Counted from the first letter of the stretch, positions 1 to 10,300 are shown. The stretch: DNA of 64,000 bases from Omnitrophica bacterium GWA2_41_15 (GCA_919902675.1 CAKKRH010000006.1:42810-106809), one strand, 5' to 3'. Made by a program: numbers and translations. Notes: a model not told the origin generated them from the sequence alone.

Positions 1-247
1 GGAAACGCTGTTTGATGTCCTCTAAGAACAGGCCGAAATCAACATCCAGATGTTCCTTATACGACTGCCTCTGGCTTTCGGTGGTAATCGCCTCTACCGC
101 GGAAATGGCATCCTCCACGCTTAATTCTTTATCCGATACGGCAACGATCCTTCCGTCAATACGCATGCGCGCCGGCCCTCCGGCGCGGTAAAAAAGATCC
201 GAGGCGTTTTTCTCACCCATTATTTTAAGACATTCTTTAATGTTCAT
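1..247 (-). CDS. PilT/PilU-family type IV pilus ATPase, N-terminal fragment; the gene continues past the left edge
   Basis: My own translation from the ATG at 247 gives MNIKECLKIMGEKNASDLFYRAGGPARMRIDGRIVAV...EHLDVDFGLFLED. This fits the PilT N-terminal pattern (ASDLh..G.p...RidG, E.DF). It is absent from the ORF track because there is no stop codon in the window. Confidence 0.6.
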   Translation of the reverse strand, partial: MNIKECLKIMGEKNASDLFYRAGGPARMRIDGRIVAVSDKELSVEDAISAVEAITTESQRQSYKEHLDVDFGLFLEDIKQRF

Positions 248-253
248 TTTCCC

Positions 254-607
254 TCACTTCTTGCCTGCCGGCTTGTCTCTATTGAATGATACTACTTTTT
301 TACGCTTTAAGCAAAATATATTTTTCAGCTGTTGCTCAAGCTGAATCAGCTTCTTTTTAACTTTCCTCCCTGAAGAATACCCGCCGATATCCCCGTTGGA
401 TTTTACCACCCGGTGGCAGGGGATTACTATAGGATAAGGGTTATTCTTTAAAGCCGTCCCTACCGCCCTCACCGCCTGGGGCGAACCGATGCGTCTGGCA
501 ACCCAGGAGTAACTGCGTGTTGAGCCAAAGGGAATCTTTAGTGCCGCCTCCCACACCCGCAGTTGAAAGGCGCTAAAACGAATACTATCCGCCTTTTTCT
601 CCATCAA
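254..607 (-). CDS. ogt: Methylated-DNA--protein-cysteine methyltransferase (Ogt/MGMT)
   Basis: 117 aa. Contains the active-site motif IPCHRVV and the DNA-binding helix context YSWVARRIGSPQAVRAVG. Confidence 0.9.
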   Translation of the reverse strand: MMEKKADSIRFSAFQLRVWEAALKIPFGSTRSYSWVARRIGSPQAVRAVGTALKNNPYPIVIPCHRVVKSNGDIGGYSSGRKVKKKLIQLEQQLKNIFCLKRKKVVSFNRDKPAGKK

Positions 608-1820
608 AAAATCTCTTCTTCCTTAATAAGCGGTGATACTTCAAAGCAAAGCGGTGAGACTCATCCCGGATACATTGAAGCAGGCGCAGGGCAGGGGAAT
701 TATTCTTAAGCCTTATCGGCCTGGGAGTAAAAAGGGCATATATCTCTTCTTCTCTTTTGGCTAAGCTTACAATGGGAATAACTAATCCCAAGCCCTCTAA
801 TTCATTTTTAGCCGCCGCGAGTTGTCCTCTTCCTCCGTCTACTAAAATTAAATCCGGTAAAGGCAGATTTTCCTCTCTTAGCCGCAGATACCGCCTACGC
901 GCGGCCTCAGCCATCATCTTATAATCATCACTCTGCTTAACTGTCTTAATCCGGAAGCGGCGGTAATTATCCTTATCCGCCAAGCCGTTATAAAAAGATA
1001 CCATTGAAGCCGTTGCCTGTCTACCTAAAATATTAGAAACGTCAAAAGCCTCTATTCTGCGCGGCATAACCTCAAGCCTTAAAACTTCCCTTAACTCGCT
1101 AAGCGCTGACTCCGTGTTATACAAAGATGGCTTGAAGGTATTTAAAGCAATCATCTTATCCCGCGACACGGCCGCTTCTTCAAACTTCCGCTCTTTGGCT
1201 TTCTGCCGCATTTCCCGGGATAGCTCCTTAACCAGTTCCTCGCTCCTGCCTTCTAAAATCAAGCTGATTTGCTTTATGGTTTTGGCGTAGTCGCTCTTAC
1301 TGATTTTCCCGATACAGGGAGCGGGTGAAAGTTTGATGCGATAATACATACAGGCTTTTTTGGGAAGCACAGAACAGGAACGGTAAGGAAAATAGCGGCG
1401 GATAATCTTTAACGCTTCTCTCAACAATCCGGCACTGATATAGGGGCCGAAATACCGGGCGCCGTCATCTTCTCGTTTACGGGTAACATAAATCGCGGGA
1501 AATTCCTCATTGGTAATCTTGACTAAAGGAAAACTCTTATCATCCCGAAGCGAGACATTATATTTCGGTTTATGCTCTTTGATAAGGCTTGCCTCTAATA
1601 AAAGCGCCATACTTTCGCTGGCTGTGGCCCTGTATTCAATATCAACCGCGTTCATCATCAGGCGCGTGGTCTTTGCCGAAAGCCCGCGCGCCAGATAACT
1701 GCTCGCGCGTTTTCGAAGCGAAAGCGCTTTACCGATATAAATAATCTTACCGGATGAGTCCTTCATTAAATACACCCCCGGAGAATCCGGAAACAGGCTT
1801 ATTTTTTCCTCAATACCCAT
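585..1820 (-). CDS. uvrC: Excinuclease ABC subunit C (UvrC) lacking the C-terminal (HhH)2 domain
   Basis: GIY-YIG motif (GVYLMKD..GKIIYIGKA), then a UVR-like region and an RNase H-like endonuclease domain (IEAFDVSN...RDESHRFALKYHR). The likely start is MGIEEK at 1820; the track ORF extends to 1937. Confidence 0.85.
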   Translation of the reverse strand: MGIEEKISLFPDSPGVYLMKDSSGKIIYIGKALSLRKRASSYLARGLSAKTTRLMMNAVDIEYRATASESMALLLEASLIKEHKPKYNVSLRDDKSFPLVKITNEEFPAIYVTRKREDDGARYFGPYISAGLLREALKIIRRYFPYRSCSVLPKKACMYYRIKLSPAPCIGKISKSDYAKTIKQISLILEGRSEELVKELSREMRQKAKERKFEEAAVSRDKMIALNTFKPSLYNTESALSELREVLRLEVMPRRIEAFDVSNILGRQATASMVSFYNGLADKDNYRRFRIKTVKQSDDYKMMAEAARRRYLRLREENLPLPDLILVDGGRGQLAAAKNELEGLGLVIPIVSLAKREEEIYALFTPRPIRLKNNSPALRLLQCIRDESHRFALKYHRLLRKKRFFDGEKGG

Positions 1821-3340
1821 TGAATGACCTTTTTGATTTCGGCTGAATCCAGAATAAGCGCGCCCAAAATAAAAATTAACAGACCGGATAGCGCCGCGGC
1901 GCTTACTCTGGCTAAAGGCGAACGCGCGACCAAACACCGGCCATAAATATAAAAACTGGCCGCGGAAGCTATCAAGGAAGAAAAAAGAATCTTGGTGAAA
2001 ACCCGGCTTAAATACCGGCCGCCCAGCGGGCCGATCTTTTTTCTTAAAGAATGAAAAAGGATAAAAAAATTAATACCTCCGGATAAGCTGGTAGCTAAAG
2101 CCAGGCCCTTTAATTTTAAAGGATACATCAGAATAAGGTTAAAAACAATATTAACTAAGAGTGAAGCCGCGGTTATCTTAAGCGGGGTCTTGGTGTCTTT
2201 AAGAGAAAAAAATCCCGAGACCAGCACCTTGTTGGCGGAATAAAAACTTAAGGATAAAGCGTAAAACAAAAGCGCTCCGGAGGTAATCTCCGTGGAATAG
2301 GCGTCAAATCTCCCCCCTTGAAACAGGGCCGCGACTATCGGCTTAGCCAAAACAGCCATAAGCGCTGAAACCGGAAGCATAATCAAAAAAACAGCAATCA
2401 AGGAAAAATTCAGCGTCTTCTTGAAATTATCCAAATTATCCTCCAGCGCCTGATGAGATAGAGAAGGCAGGGCCGCCTGAGCGATAGCTATCCCGAATAT
2501 CCCTAAGGGAAATTGGAAAATCCGGTTGGCAAAATATAAGGCGGAAATCGCTCCCTGGCCCACTATATGAGCCAAAGAACCGAGTATCGTATCCACAAAG
2601 AGATTAAGCTGATAAATACAGGAACTGAATATCCGGGGAAGAATCAGTTTTCTGATTTGTCTGATCCCCGGATGATGCGGCTTAAGCGCCGTAGAATAGC
2701 GAAAACCTTTTTTATAGAGCATCGGTATCTGTACTGCTAATTGTAATACTCCTCCGGCCAAGACCCCCAGGGCCAGGCCCAGCGTTGTCTCTTTGTAAAT
2801 AACAGCAAAGACAATTATGGAGATATTCAAAAAACAGGGGGCAAGGCTTGAGATGGCAAAAGACTTAAGAGAATTCAATATCCCCATACAGTAGGCGCTC
2901 AAGGCAATCAGCAATAAATAAGGATAAATGATTCTGGTCAGCCGGACTGTTTCCTGAAACTTTAGCGCGTCAGAGCTAAAGCCGGGAGCAATCAGGCGCA
3001 CAATCCAGGGAGAAAATACCACCCCCAGGATAGTAAGCGCCGCCAGGATGACTAAGAGGATATTTAATAAGCAATTAGCCAGATGCCAGAAATCCTCTTT
3101 GGATTTCTTAGCCGCGTATTCGCTGAATACCGGGACAAAGGCCGCGTTCATCGCCCCCTCGGCCACCATATCCCGCAAGAGATTGGGAATCCTGAATGCC
3201 ACCACAAAGGCCTGGGAATACATACCCGTGCCGAAAAACCGGGCAATCACCACATCCCGGATAAAACCGAGTGAGCGCGAACACAAAGTAAAGAAACCGA
3301 TTAAGGAAGCCGAACGGGCAATTTCTTTATTGGTTGACAT
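1799..3340 (-). CDS. murJ: Lipid II flippase MurJ/MviN
   Basis: 513 aa polytopic membrane protein. The N-terminus (SRSLGFIRDVVIARFFGTG...AFVVAFRIPNLLR) is typical of MurJ. Confidence 0.9.
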   Translation of the reverse strand: MSTNKEIARSASLIGFFTLCSRSLGFIRDVVIARFFGTGMYSQAFVVAFRIPNLLRDMVAEGAMNAAFVPVFSEYAAKKSKEDFWHLANCLLNILLVILAALTILGVVFSPWIVRLIAPGFSSDALKFQETVRLTRIIYPYLLLIALSAYCMGILNSLKSFAISSLAPCFLNISIIVFAVIYKETTLGLALGVLAGGVLQLAVQIPMLYKKGFRYSTALKPHHPGIRQIRKLILPRIFSSCIYQLNLFVDTILGSLAHIVGQGAISALYFANRIFQFPLGIFGIAIAQAALPSLSHQALEDNLDNFKKTLNFSLIAVFLIMLPVSALMAVLAKPIVAALFQGGRFDAYSTEITSGALLFYALSLSFYSANKVLVSGFFSLKDTKTPLKITAASLLVNIVFNLILMYPLKLKGLALATSLSGGINFFILFHSLRKKIGPLGGRYLSRVFTKILFSSLIASAASFYIYGRCLVARSPLARVSAAALSGLLIFILGALILDSAEIKKVIQWVLRKK

Positions 3341-3370
3341 AAGTCGAAAGGTATGGTATATTTTTTTATA

Positions 3371-3503
3371 AACACTAAATTCTAAGCTCTAAACACTAAA
3401 CAAATCCAAGAAGATAAACTCTAAACTCAAAAGTTTGTTTTGAATTTGGAGTTTGGGATTTTGAGTTTGTTTAGAATTTAGAGCTTCGGGTTTAGGATTT
3501 TTA
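3371..3503. repeat. Long imperfect AT-rich palindrome built from ctaaa/ctaaac words, in the murJ-rpsT divergent spacer
   Basis: The left arm (aagctctaaa..ctaaacaaa..aaactctaaactcaaaag) pairs with the reverse complement of the right arm (ttttgaatttggagttt..tttgtttag..tttagagctt). Confidence 0.5.
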
Positions 3504-3539
3504 ACATCAATCAATAATCACTTTAACGGAGGATATTAA

Positions 3540-3815
3540 ATGGCTCCACGCAGACGCCAATCGCTAAAAGCACAGCGTAAGGACAAAAAAAGACACACCC
3601 GCAATCAGCAGGTAAAAACAGCGCTCAAGAAAACCCTTAAGAAATTAGAAGTCTCCTTCACCGAGAAAAAGGCGCAAGAGGCCAAGCAAACGCTTAAAGA
3701 GGCGATTTCTAAGCTGGCTAAGGCCGCCAAAAAAGGCGTCCTGCACAAAAACACCGCCCAGCGTAAAATCTCCCGCCTGAGCAGAAGATTAGTCAAATTA
3801 GGCCAGGGCGCATAA
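3540..3815 (+). CDS. rpsT: 30S ribosomal protein S20
   Basis: 91 aa basic protein, MAPRRRQSLKAQRKDKKRHTRNQ...HKNTAQRKISRL. An RBS (ggagga) lies upstream. Confidence 0.9.
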   Translation: MAPRRRQSLKAQRKDKKRHTRNQQVKTALKKTLKKLEVSFTEKKAQEAKQTLKEAISKLAKAAKKGVLHKNTAQRKISRLSRRLVKLGQGA

Positions 3816-4463
3816 TTTCACCACCAAGGCCTCTAAGGCAAACTCTGGCTTAACTTTGCCGGTTTTTAGATTAAGGTCGGCTTCCATTAGGAGGCTGACC
3901 TTTTCTTTTTTCTCTTTTAACCTCAAACTGTCTGCGGCGGATGAAAAAGAATCGCCTTTAACAAAGCGATAACGCAAGGCTCCCAGTATCCTCTCCGGTT
4001 TTTCTCCGTTTCTAAACAAATCTACCAGCATATTCAAGGCTGAATCCGCGTCTTTTCTTTCAATGGCCCGGGCCAAACCAAAGGCGTCAATTTTCTCTTT
4101 GGCCTTAAAAGGAATAACTTTGCCACGCCTGGAGATTTTATTAAAAAACCCACTTTCCTCTTTAGGGATAACGGCGGACTCTAAAATCAAAATTAAATCT
4201 ACTGGCAGTTTTTCTATTTGAGCCGCGAAATAATCCTTGAGCTCATCCTTAAGCTTAAAAACATCCTTAATTATTATTATTCTTTGGGGAGATTCCAGGG
4301 GAATACGGCTGAAGGCTTCTTTAAATAGGGGCAGGGTTAGCTCTTTAGCATAAAAGGATTCACAATTAAAATCCTCAAAGCCTTTTTTAAGTAACTCACT
4401 TTTTAAAGAATTTATTTTTTCCTGCTTGGCGGGTTCATCTTCTCCGACAAAAAGATAAAGCAT
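3798..4463 (-). CDS. holA: DNA polymerase III delta subunit-like (short form)
   Basis: N-terminus is MLYLFVGEDEPAKQEKI. The gene lies next to lptE, echoing the E. coli leuS-lptE-holA order. At about 221 aa it is shorter than canonical HolA. The start at 4463 is the M8 of the track ORF. Confidence 0.55.
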   Translation of the reverse strand: MLYLFVGEDEPAKQEKINSLKSELLKKGFEDFNCESFYAKELTLPLFKEAFSRIPLESPQRIIIIKDVFKLKDELKDYFAAQIEKLPVDLILILESAVIPKEESGFFNKISRRGKVIPFKAKEKIDAFGLARAIERKDADSALNMLVDLFRNGEKPERILGALRYRFVKGDSFSSAADSLRLKEKKEKVSLLMEADLNLKTGKVKPEFALEALVVKLCALA

Positions 4464-4465
4464 CT

Positions 4466-4570
4466 TAATGATGACAAAGGACAAAATTCAAATGACAAAA
4501 CCAATATTTTCTTACACGTATGGACACTTTGGATTTATTTTGAATTTTGCGCTTTGATATTTGTCATTAA
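4466..4570. repeat. Intercistronic imperfect hairpin (ttaatgatgacaaa..caaaattcaaa / tttgaattttg..tttgtcattaa)
   Basis: The inverted arms were read directly. The element fills the lptE-holA gap. Confidence 0.5.
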
Positions 4571-4576
4571 CGCTTC

Positions 4577-5134
4577 CTACCAGTTCTCAACTAAGCGTTC
4601 AAGCACCCGCCGGGCCAAATCAGCTATAGCATCGTCAAGGGCGGTCTTCTCGGTCTTGGCCTGGGCGCCGCTGGCAAAATAAGTCGCGTCTCCCACAAAA
4701 TTAGGTTCGTCCCAGAGAGGAATTTCCTCCCCTTTTTTGAAAAGCTTCAGGCGCATTATCAGGCTGATGCGGTATTCGGAAACATCTTCCTGGTTATTTT
4801 CATAGCGCAGGGCGTCCCTTTGATAGTCAATCAGCTCGCCTTTTAAAACTATATCCGCGTCTTCTTTTTTAGCCGGGCGTATTCCTCCGTCATACATAAA
4901 ACGGTTGATAACCGCGGTGCGGATATCACTTTCTAACAGCGGATGATAGGTCCTGAATCTCTGCGAAAGGCCGGTAGCATCCTCTGAAAGCAGGTCAACC
5001 TTATTAGCAAAGGGCTCAACAAAGATAGTCTTATACGGTCCACGGTAGATCGTGCGGCTGGTATAGCCGCAGCCGAACAAAGCAGAAAGCAGAAAGCAGA
5101 AAGCAGAAAGCGAAAAAATATTGCGTTTTTTCAT
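4577..5134 (-). CDS. lptE: LPS-assembly lipoprotein LptE-like
   Basis: Lipoprotein signal peptide with lipobox LFGC. The size (185 aa) and the position next to holA and the BamD-like gene fit LptE. Confidence 0.6.
   Translation of the reverse strand: MKKRNIFSLSAFCFLLSALFGCGYTSRTIYRGPYKTIFVEPFANKVDLLSEDATGLSQRFRTYHPLLESDIRTAVINRFMYDGGIRPAKKEDADIVLKGELIDYQRDALRYENNQEDVSEYRISLIMRLKLFKKGEEIPLWDEPNFVGDATYFASGAQAKTEKTALDDAIADLARRVLERLVENW
5079..5111. repeat. Perfect heptanucleotide tandem repeat (aaagcag x4.7) inside the lptE signal-peptide coding region
   Basis: Counted directly: four perfect 7-nt units plus a 5-nt partial unit. It encodes ...SAFCFLLSALF... Confidence 0.9.
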
Positions 5135-6081
5135 TGTTTCTCCAATTCCTTAAGCGCCTCTCTGGCCGCGGTGGCGCTGGCGCAATAAGGGCATTTTTCT
5201 ATTATTTCCTGATAATACACCTTGGCCGCCGCGTATTTTTTCTGCTTCTTGTAAAAATCAGCTATTTTTAAATTGCCCTCGGCCTCTTTTTCTTTTAAAC
5301 TGTCAATCTGCTTACCCGCGTCTTTGACCAGGTTCTCCTGGGGGCGCGACTTAACAAACTCTTCAAATTCTTCCCTGGCCTTCTTGGTAAGCTCCTGGTC
5401 ATAGTCGCTCTTAGGAGCTATCCTAGTGGCGCAGTCAGCCGACTGAAATCTTGCCTGGGAAGCCCATTGACTTTCCGGATAGGTGGTAACCACCTTATCA
5501 AATTCCTCCCGGGCCTCCTGGAAGCGGCTGGAATCTTTTAAGGTCATTCCCAGGAGATACTGGGCGTAGGCGGCCTGTTTTCCATACACCGAATTGTCTA
5601 CCACTTTGCGAAATATTTCAATTGCCGGATTTTCTACCGGAAGCTCCATCCCAAGAGCCTTTCTTTTTTCCCCCGACATAAAAACCTGGGCTATTTTTAA
5701 TTCCTTCTCAATTATCTCATCCATCCGGCCGGAAAAGGGATATTTGTCAATCACCTTCTGGTAAGCCAGATAAGCCTCATAGAGTTTCTTGTTGTCAGCC
5801 TCAAGGCTCAGGCCGATATAAAACTGGGCGTCAGGCGCCTCAAAGGCCTTAGGGTAATACTTAATCAGCTTGCGGCATTCCTCAATTGTCTCTTTGTATT
5901 TGGACTGCTGGTAGAGTTCCTGGATGAATTTTAACTGCTCTTTGGGGTTAGGCTTGACGCTGGCCTTGGGGTTTACCCAGCGGCTGGATTCGGGAGTCCA
6001 GATCCAAAAAGGATAAGCGGACTTGATAAGGCAGGATAAAAAAAGAGTAAAAACCGCTAATATCAGACCAATTCTTCTCAT
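5131..6081 (-). CDS. TPR lipoprotein, BamD/YfiO-like outer-membrane assembly factor
   Basis: Signal peptide MRRIGLILAVFTLFLSC followed by TPR-like repeats (AQFYIGLSL.., AQYLLGMTL..). The start was chosen at M36 of the track ORF. Confidence 0.5.
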   Translation of the reverse strand: MRRIGLILAVFTLFLSCLIKSAYPFWIWTPESSRWVNPKASVKPNPKEQLKFIQELYQQSKYKETIEECRKLIKYYPKAFEAPDAQFYIGLSLEADNKKLYEAYLAYQKVIDKYPFSGRMDEIIEKELKIAQVFMSGEKRKALGMELPVENPAIEIFRKVVDNSVYGKQAAYAQYLLGMTLKDSSRFQEAREEFDKVVTTYPESQWASQARFQSADCATRIAPKSDYDQELTKKAREEFEEFVKSRPQENLVKDAGKQIDSLKEKEAEGNLKIADFYKKQKKYAAAKVYYQEIIEKCPYCASATAAREALKELEKQ

Positions 6082-6313
6082 AGCGATTTTTACTCTATCA
6101 CAGAATGCGGCGTTTGTCAATAAACCCGGATAAACCCGGATATAAGGGTAGTATACTGGATTGTGTGTAAATTGATATAAAAACATTGCCTTGCAATCAT
6201 CTTAAACGGCTCATCAAACAGAGATCCTGGCCCCTATTGGCCAAAATAGCTGTATAGTTTTATATATCTGCTATAATAGGAGTCAGGACAAGCAGAAATA
6301 ATAGCATAATCTC

Positions 6314-6363
6314 ATAAAAAAAGTAAACCCCATAGAAGAAATTTTCTAAGGGGCCTTTTTTTA
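6314..6363 (-). terminator. Rho-independent, bidirectional-type terminator downstream of the 671-aa gene
   Basis: Stem ccccatagaa/ttctaagggg (10 bp with one mismatch) and loop gaaat, flanked by an A-run and a T-run. Confidence 0.6.
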
Positions 6364-6447
6364 TCTCTGGTTTTACTGCCGGATACCTGCAAAACCGGAA
6401 ACAATGACTTTTTCTAACGCTATTAGAAGGTAAAAATAAAAACTGCT

Positions 6448-8463
6448 TTAGCGGTTATTGCTTTCATCAATTTTTTCAAGTTTCAGCTCTATCCCATACA
6501 AATAATACCTTTGCCAGTTAGCTGTGGTAACATATATAGTCTGCCCGTTATTCTTATCCATTTCCGGATGCCAACACGCGGAATAACAGGGAAAAAGATT
6601 ATTCAGGCTCTCATCGCAGTCAACAATCACCTTAGCCTGGCTCCAAGGACCAGTAATATTATCTGCGGTGCGAGCGGTGATTGAATTTACCAGCGGGCCG
6701 GCGTTATGAATCATTAAATATTTCCCTAAATACGCATTCCAGCCAATCGTAGATACCGTGTTTTCATTATCGGGAGCGGGAAATATATTAATCTTTTGAT
6801 TTTTATCTTTCACCCAGTCCTCGCCATTCCAATACTCGTGCGCGGTCAGGTTTTCTGCCTCATCCTTTTTCACGCGAGTCATAAATGAACCCGCCTTAAT
6901 TTGAGCATCTCCGGCAGTGTCATAGTAAGCGTTAGACATATAGACACATTCTTTGCCGTCATCATACACAGGAAATCCCGGGCCATCAGTGATTGAGGTT
7001 TTTTCGTATGCCGGCCAATAAGCGCCGGTGCGGACAAACTCGGCTTTATTAATATCTGTTAGGGGAGCAGTTGACTTTGCCCATCCCTCTCCTAAAGCGT
7101 AAAACCATACCTCTTCATCCATCTTGATAGTAATGTAATACGTATAAACTATTCCGTTATAATTAAACATTTGCCCGGGCCAGATTAAATCTTCTCCTTT
7201 TTCAGGAAGAAGAATAGGTAAGGTATTCTTTTCACTGTCTTTTTTATACTCCAGGCTGGCATTAGAAAGCGTAAGATTTTCTATTGGCTGCGCGCTTAAA
7301 GCAATATTATTATTCACGAACCCGCCGTTGGTTAAGAGGGTATCGCCAAAAATCCATAATGACTTTTCATTATATGGAATAGACACGCCTCCATCCTGGC
7401 CGGCAACATTGGCATCTTGATGATCAGGTAATTTATCTAGCATTTTGCCGTTTATTTTAAAACCCAATAAAGAATCATCATTTTTAAAAATAAATTTAGG
7501 GTCTTTTAGTAATGTGTAATCGGCAAATATTTCTTCATCTGTTTTTGTATAACCATAAATATTCACCATGTCTAAATATGCTCCCGGCGACATCTTCCCC
7601 ACCCAAGGATTAATTTCCGAAGTGGAAAAGATTATTCCGCTTGACGGACTTGAGAACATAAACTGCTGGTTGTTTTCCGCTACTTTTGCGCCATCAAGAT
7701 ACATCTTTGTCCCGGACTGGGTATCCCAGGTAAGCGCCATATGGTGCCACTGCCATTGGGTTATCTGATCAAAATAATACACGGCTTGCTTTTCATCTCC
7801 CCCGTTCATATCAAAAGGAACCTGCGCGTCATTTATCTTGAATAAAATTCTCTTATTATAAGTATCCACATCAAGCAGCATATAATTTAAACAGCTTTCC
7901 ACGGAACATTCAAAACGCACATCAAAAAGACGGTGTATCACCTGCCCATCACTTGCCCACGTATACGGCCGAAACCAAAACTCAAGCGTCCCAGTATCCT
8001 TATTAAAATTATCCGGGCCGCTTGGGTATATCAGACTACTCTCGGAAGTTAAATCCGCCGCGTTAGCTTCCAGGCCAAAATAAAGACTTGTTCCTGACTG
8101 CACGAGAGGCTCTTCTCCATCGACTCCGCTTAAATCAAGATTAAAATCAAGACTTAAGAGAGGAATCTCAAAATCAGATATACTAATCGTGGAACGTTTA
8201 GGCTGAAATTGTTCTATACCATGCTTTGAAATCAAAGAAAAGCTCCTTGAGGCAATATTAGGTTTCTGCGTTTGCCATCCTCTTTTTAATTTTGATTGCG
8301 AAACTATTTTTTTACGCTTTTTAACTATGACGTTTTCATCTTTACCGCCGCTGGAAAAGTCGGAAATCTCACTAGAAATACACTGGCTTGTAAAAATTAT
8401 ACCAATACACAAAACAACTTTTATTGATACTACAATCTTTTTAATTTTAATCATTCGTAACAT
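6448..8463 (-). CDS. Secreted protein with a LamG/concanavalin-like domain and a DUF4185-like beta-propeller
   Basis: Signal-anchor N-terminus. LamG-like stretch TLEFWFRP...HMALTWD...GTKMYLDGAKV. The SLWIFGDTLL motif is typical of DUF4185-type glycosidase-like folds. Confidence 0.5.
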   Translation of the reverse strand: MLRMIKIKKIVVSIKVVLCIGIIFTSQCISSEISDFSSGGKDENVIVKKRKKIVSQSKLKRGWQTQKPNIASRSFSLISKHGIEQFQPKRSTISISDFEIPLLSLDFNLDLSGVDGEEPLVQSGTSLYFGLEANAADLTSESSLIYPSGPDNFNKDTGTLEFWFRPYTWASDGQVIHRLFDVRFECSVESCLNYMLLDVDTYNKRILFKINDAQVPFDMNGGDEKQAVYYFDQITQWQWHHMALTWDTQSGTKMYLDGAKVAENNQQFMFSSPSSGIIFSTSEINPWVGKMSPGAYLDMVNIYGYTKTDEEIFADYTLLKDPKFIFKNDDSLLGFKINGKMLDKLPDHQDANVAGQDGGVSIPYNEKSLWIFGDTLLTNGGFVNNNIALSAQPIENLTLSNASLEYKKDSEKNTLPILLPEKGEDLIWPGQMFNYNGIVYTYYITIKMDEEVWFYALGEGWAKSTAPLTDINKAEFVRTGAYWPAYEKTSITDGPGFPVYDDGKECVYMSNAYYDTAGDAQIKAGSFMTRVKKDEAENLTAHEYWNGEDWVKDKNQKINIFPAPDNENTVSTIGWNAYLGKYLMIHNAGPLVNSITARTADNITGPWSQAKVIVDCDESLNNLFPCYSACWHPEMDKNNGQTIYVTTANWQRYYLYGIELKLEKIDESNNR

Positions 8464-8871
8464 AATTTATCTTCCCTTCTTTATCTCCAGATATACATAT
8501 ACAAAACCCGGCCTGCCCTCATAAATAAATAATTACGTTGACTGGGACATATTTTTAAAATATGAATAATTATTTATAAAACTTTTAAAATATAGTCAAA
8601 AATGTTTTTCTGCTGCTCTGCCATCTGTTTTCTGTATTGGTGAGATTACGGATTTTCTAACTTTTGCGTTCCTTGGTTTTAAAAAAATTGCTGCTGTTAA
8701 TTAAATACTGCTGGCCTCTATTCAACATGTTCTTGATCTTGCTCTATAATTTAAAGTATACCACATAAAAAACACTTTTCTGTGCCGAAAGGGGATTTTT
8801 TTGAAAGCGCTTTCTCTAAATTTTTTACTCATTATGATTTCTTTACCAATATGCTATTATTTACCACGCTG

Positions 8872-10245
8872 TTACCTTCCTATATAAAAATAAGAAAATG
8901 GCAAGCCGCTTAATTGATGCGCAATCTTAAACAGCCAAAACATAGAAAAATCTATAGTTACCGCTATTGGTAAGGCTATTACCGGACAAATCAGTGCCGA
9001 TAAACAAAGAGTAAATCCCAATATTATCACCAGGCTAACCAAGGGCACGATAATCAGGTTTGCCAATATGGCTACAGGAGTTATAATCCGGAAATAATAA
9101 AGGATAAACCAAAAAGTAGAAAGCCAGGCCGCCAGGGAAACCGCCAGGCTGTTTACCATAAACCTGATTGCCGGGCTTGCTTTGGGTTTTAATTGAAACC
9201 GGCTGATAATCCGGGGAGATAATAACACGATTCCTAAAACGCTGACAAAAGAAAGCTGAAAACCGATGTCAAATATCTGCCTGGGGTTATAACCCAGGAT
9301 TATCAGGGCGGACAGGCTTAAACTGTTAATGATATGCGTATCCCTTTCCAGCAGATATCCGATTAAAACCACTACCGCCATCAAAGTAGCCCTAACTACC
9401 GAGGCCTGGGCCCCTACGGCGAACATATGAATAAACAAGATAGGAATAGCCAGAGAATAGCGGCATTTACGCTTTATTCTTATGGCCTTCAATAAAAAGA
9501 GAACGGTAAAAACCACTATTCCCACATTAAAGCCGCTGATGGCAATGATATGGGCGGTGCCGGTGCGGGTAAAATCCTCCCGGACCTGGGCCAAAAGGCC
9601 CTGCCGGTCTCCCAGGGTTATCGCTGATAAAACAGCGCTGTTTGCCGGTTGGAGATATTTCTCAAATATACCTTTCAGCCGCTGTTTAATCCTAAAAGCT
9701 AAAGAAATGAATAAATTTCCCTTATCCCGGCCCAAAAAGATAATTTCCCTTTCTTTACCCGCCTCCAGAATATAATAAATCCCCTGGTTTTTCAGATACT
9801 CTGGGTAGGAAAAACTTGAGTTAGCGCTAAAATTAAAAGGCCGATGCAAATTACCCTCTAAAATCAGCTCTTCGCCATAATGAAAGTCCCGGCGGCTAAA
9901 GGCATTGACCAAAATCTCTCCGCGGACAAAATAAGCCCTGTCCGCGACAATCAGTTTTTTAACCTTGAAGTAAAAACTGGTCTTGCGCCGAGTGGATGCC
10001 GGGTCATTATTCACAATCCCCTGGATCCGCGCGCCCAAACTTCCCTTAATCTTTAAAGAGCCGATATGCCCCGGAGGCAATAAATTATAATTCCGGGTAT
10101 GCGTTGCCCCCAGAAAGAGGCAAAACAATAAAAAGGCCCAGAAAAAAACCGCCTTTTTATTTGTGAATAAAAAAGCGGTTAAAAGCATGGCCGCGGATAA
10201 AACCAGCCAGAACCAAAAGTGGATATTGATAAAATTACCCGCCAA
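8872..10245 (-). CDS. comEC: ComEC/Rec2 competence channel (DUF4131 plus competence domain, no metallo-beta-lactamase domain)
   Basis: 457 aa polytopic protein. Contains the motif FTRTGTAHIIAISGFNVGIV. Confidence 0.85.
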   Translation of the reverse strand: MAGNFINIHFWFWLVLSAAMLLTAFLFTNKKAVFFWAFLLFCLFLGATHTRNYNLLPPGHIGSLKIKGSLGARIQGIVNNDPASTRRKTSFYFKVKKLIVADRAYFVRGEILVNAFSRRDFHYGEELILEGNLHRPFNFSANSSFSYPEYLKNQGIYYILEAGKEREIIFLGRDKGNLFISLAFRIKQRLKGIFEKYLQPANSAVLSAITLGDRQGLLAQVREDFTRTGTAHIIAISGFNVGIVVFTVLFLLKAIRIKRKCRYSLAIPILFIHMFAVGAQASVVRATLMAVVVLIGYLLERDTHIINSLSLSALIILGYNPRQIFDIGFQLSFVSVLGIVLLSPRIISRFQLKPKASPAIRFMVNSLAVSLAAWLSTFWFILYYFRIITPVAILANLIIVPLVSLVIILGFTLCLSALICPVIALPIAVTIDFSMFWLFKIAHQLSGLPFSYFYIGR

Positions 10246-10300
10246 TATCCCCAGGGTGAAAGAAATCGCGATAAAGGTTACTATAGAGATTTATCCCCCC

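Noticed and set aside
6278-6365. Possible small RNA on the plus strand, suggested by tgcTATAAT at about 6278-6286 followed by a terminator at 6328-6363.
   Set aside because: The hairpin is symmetric and sits at the right distance to terminate the minus-strand 671-aa gene. No -35 element or conserved structure supports a separate sRNA.
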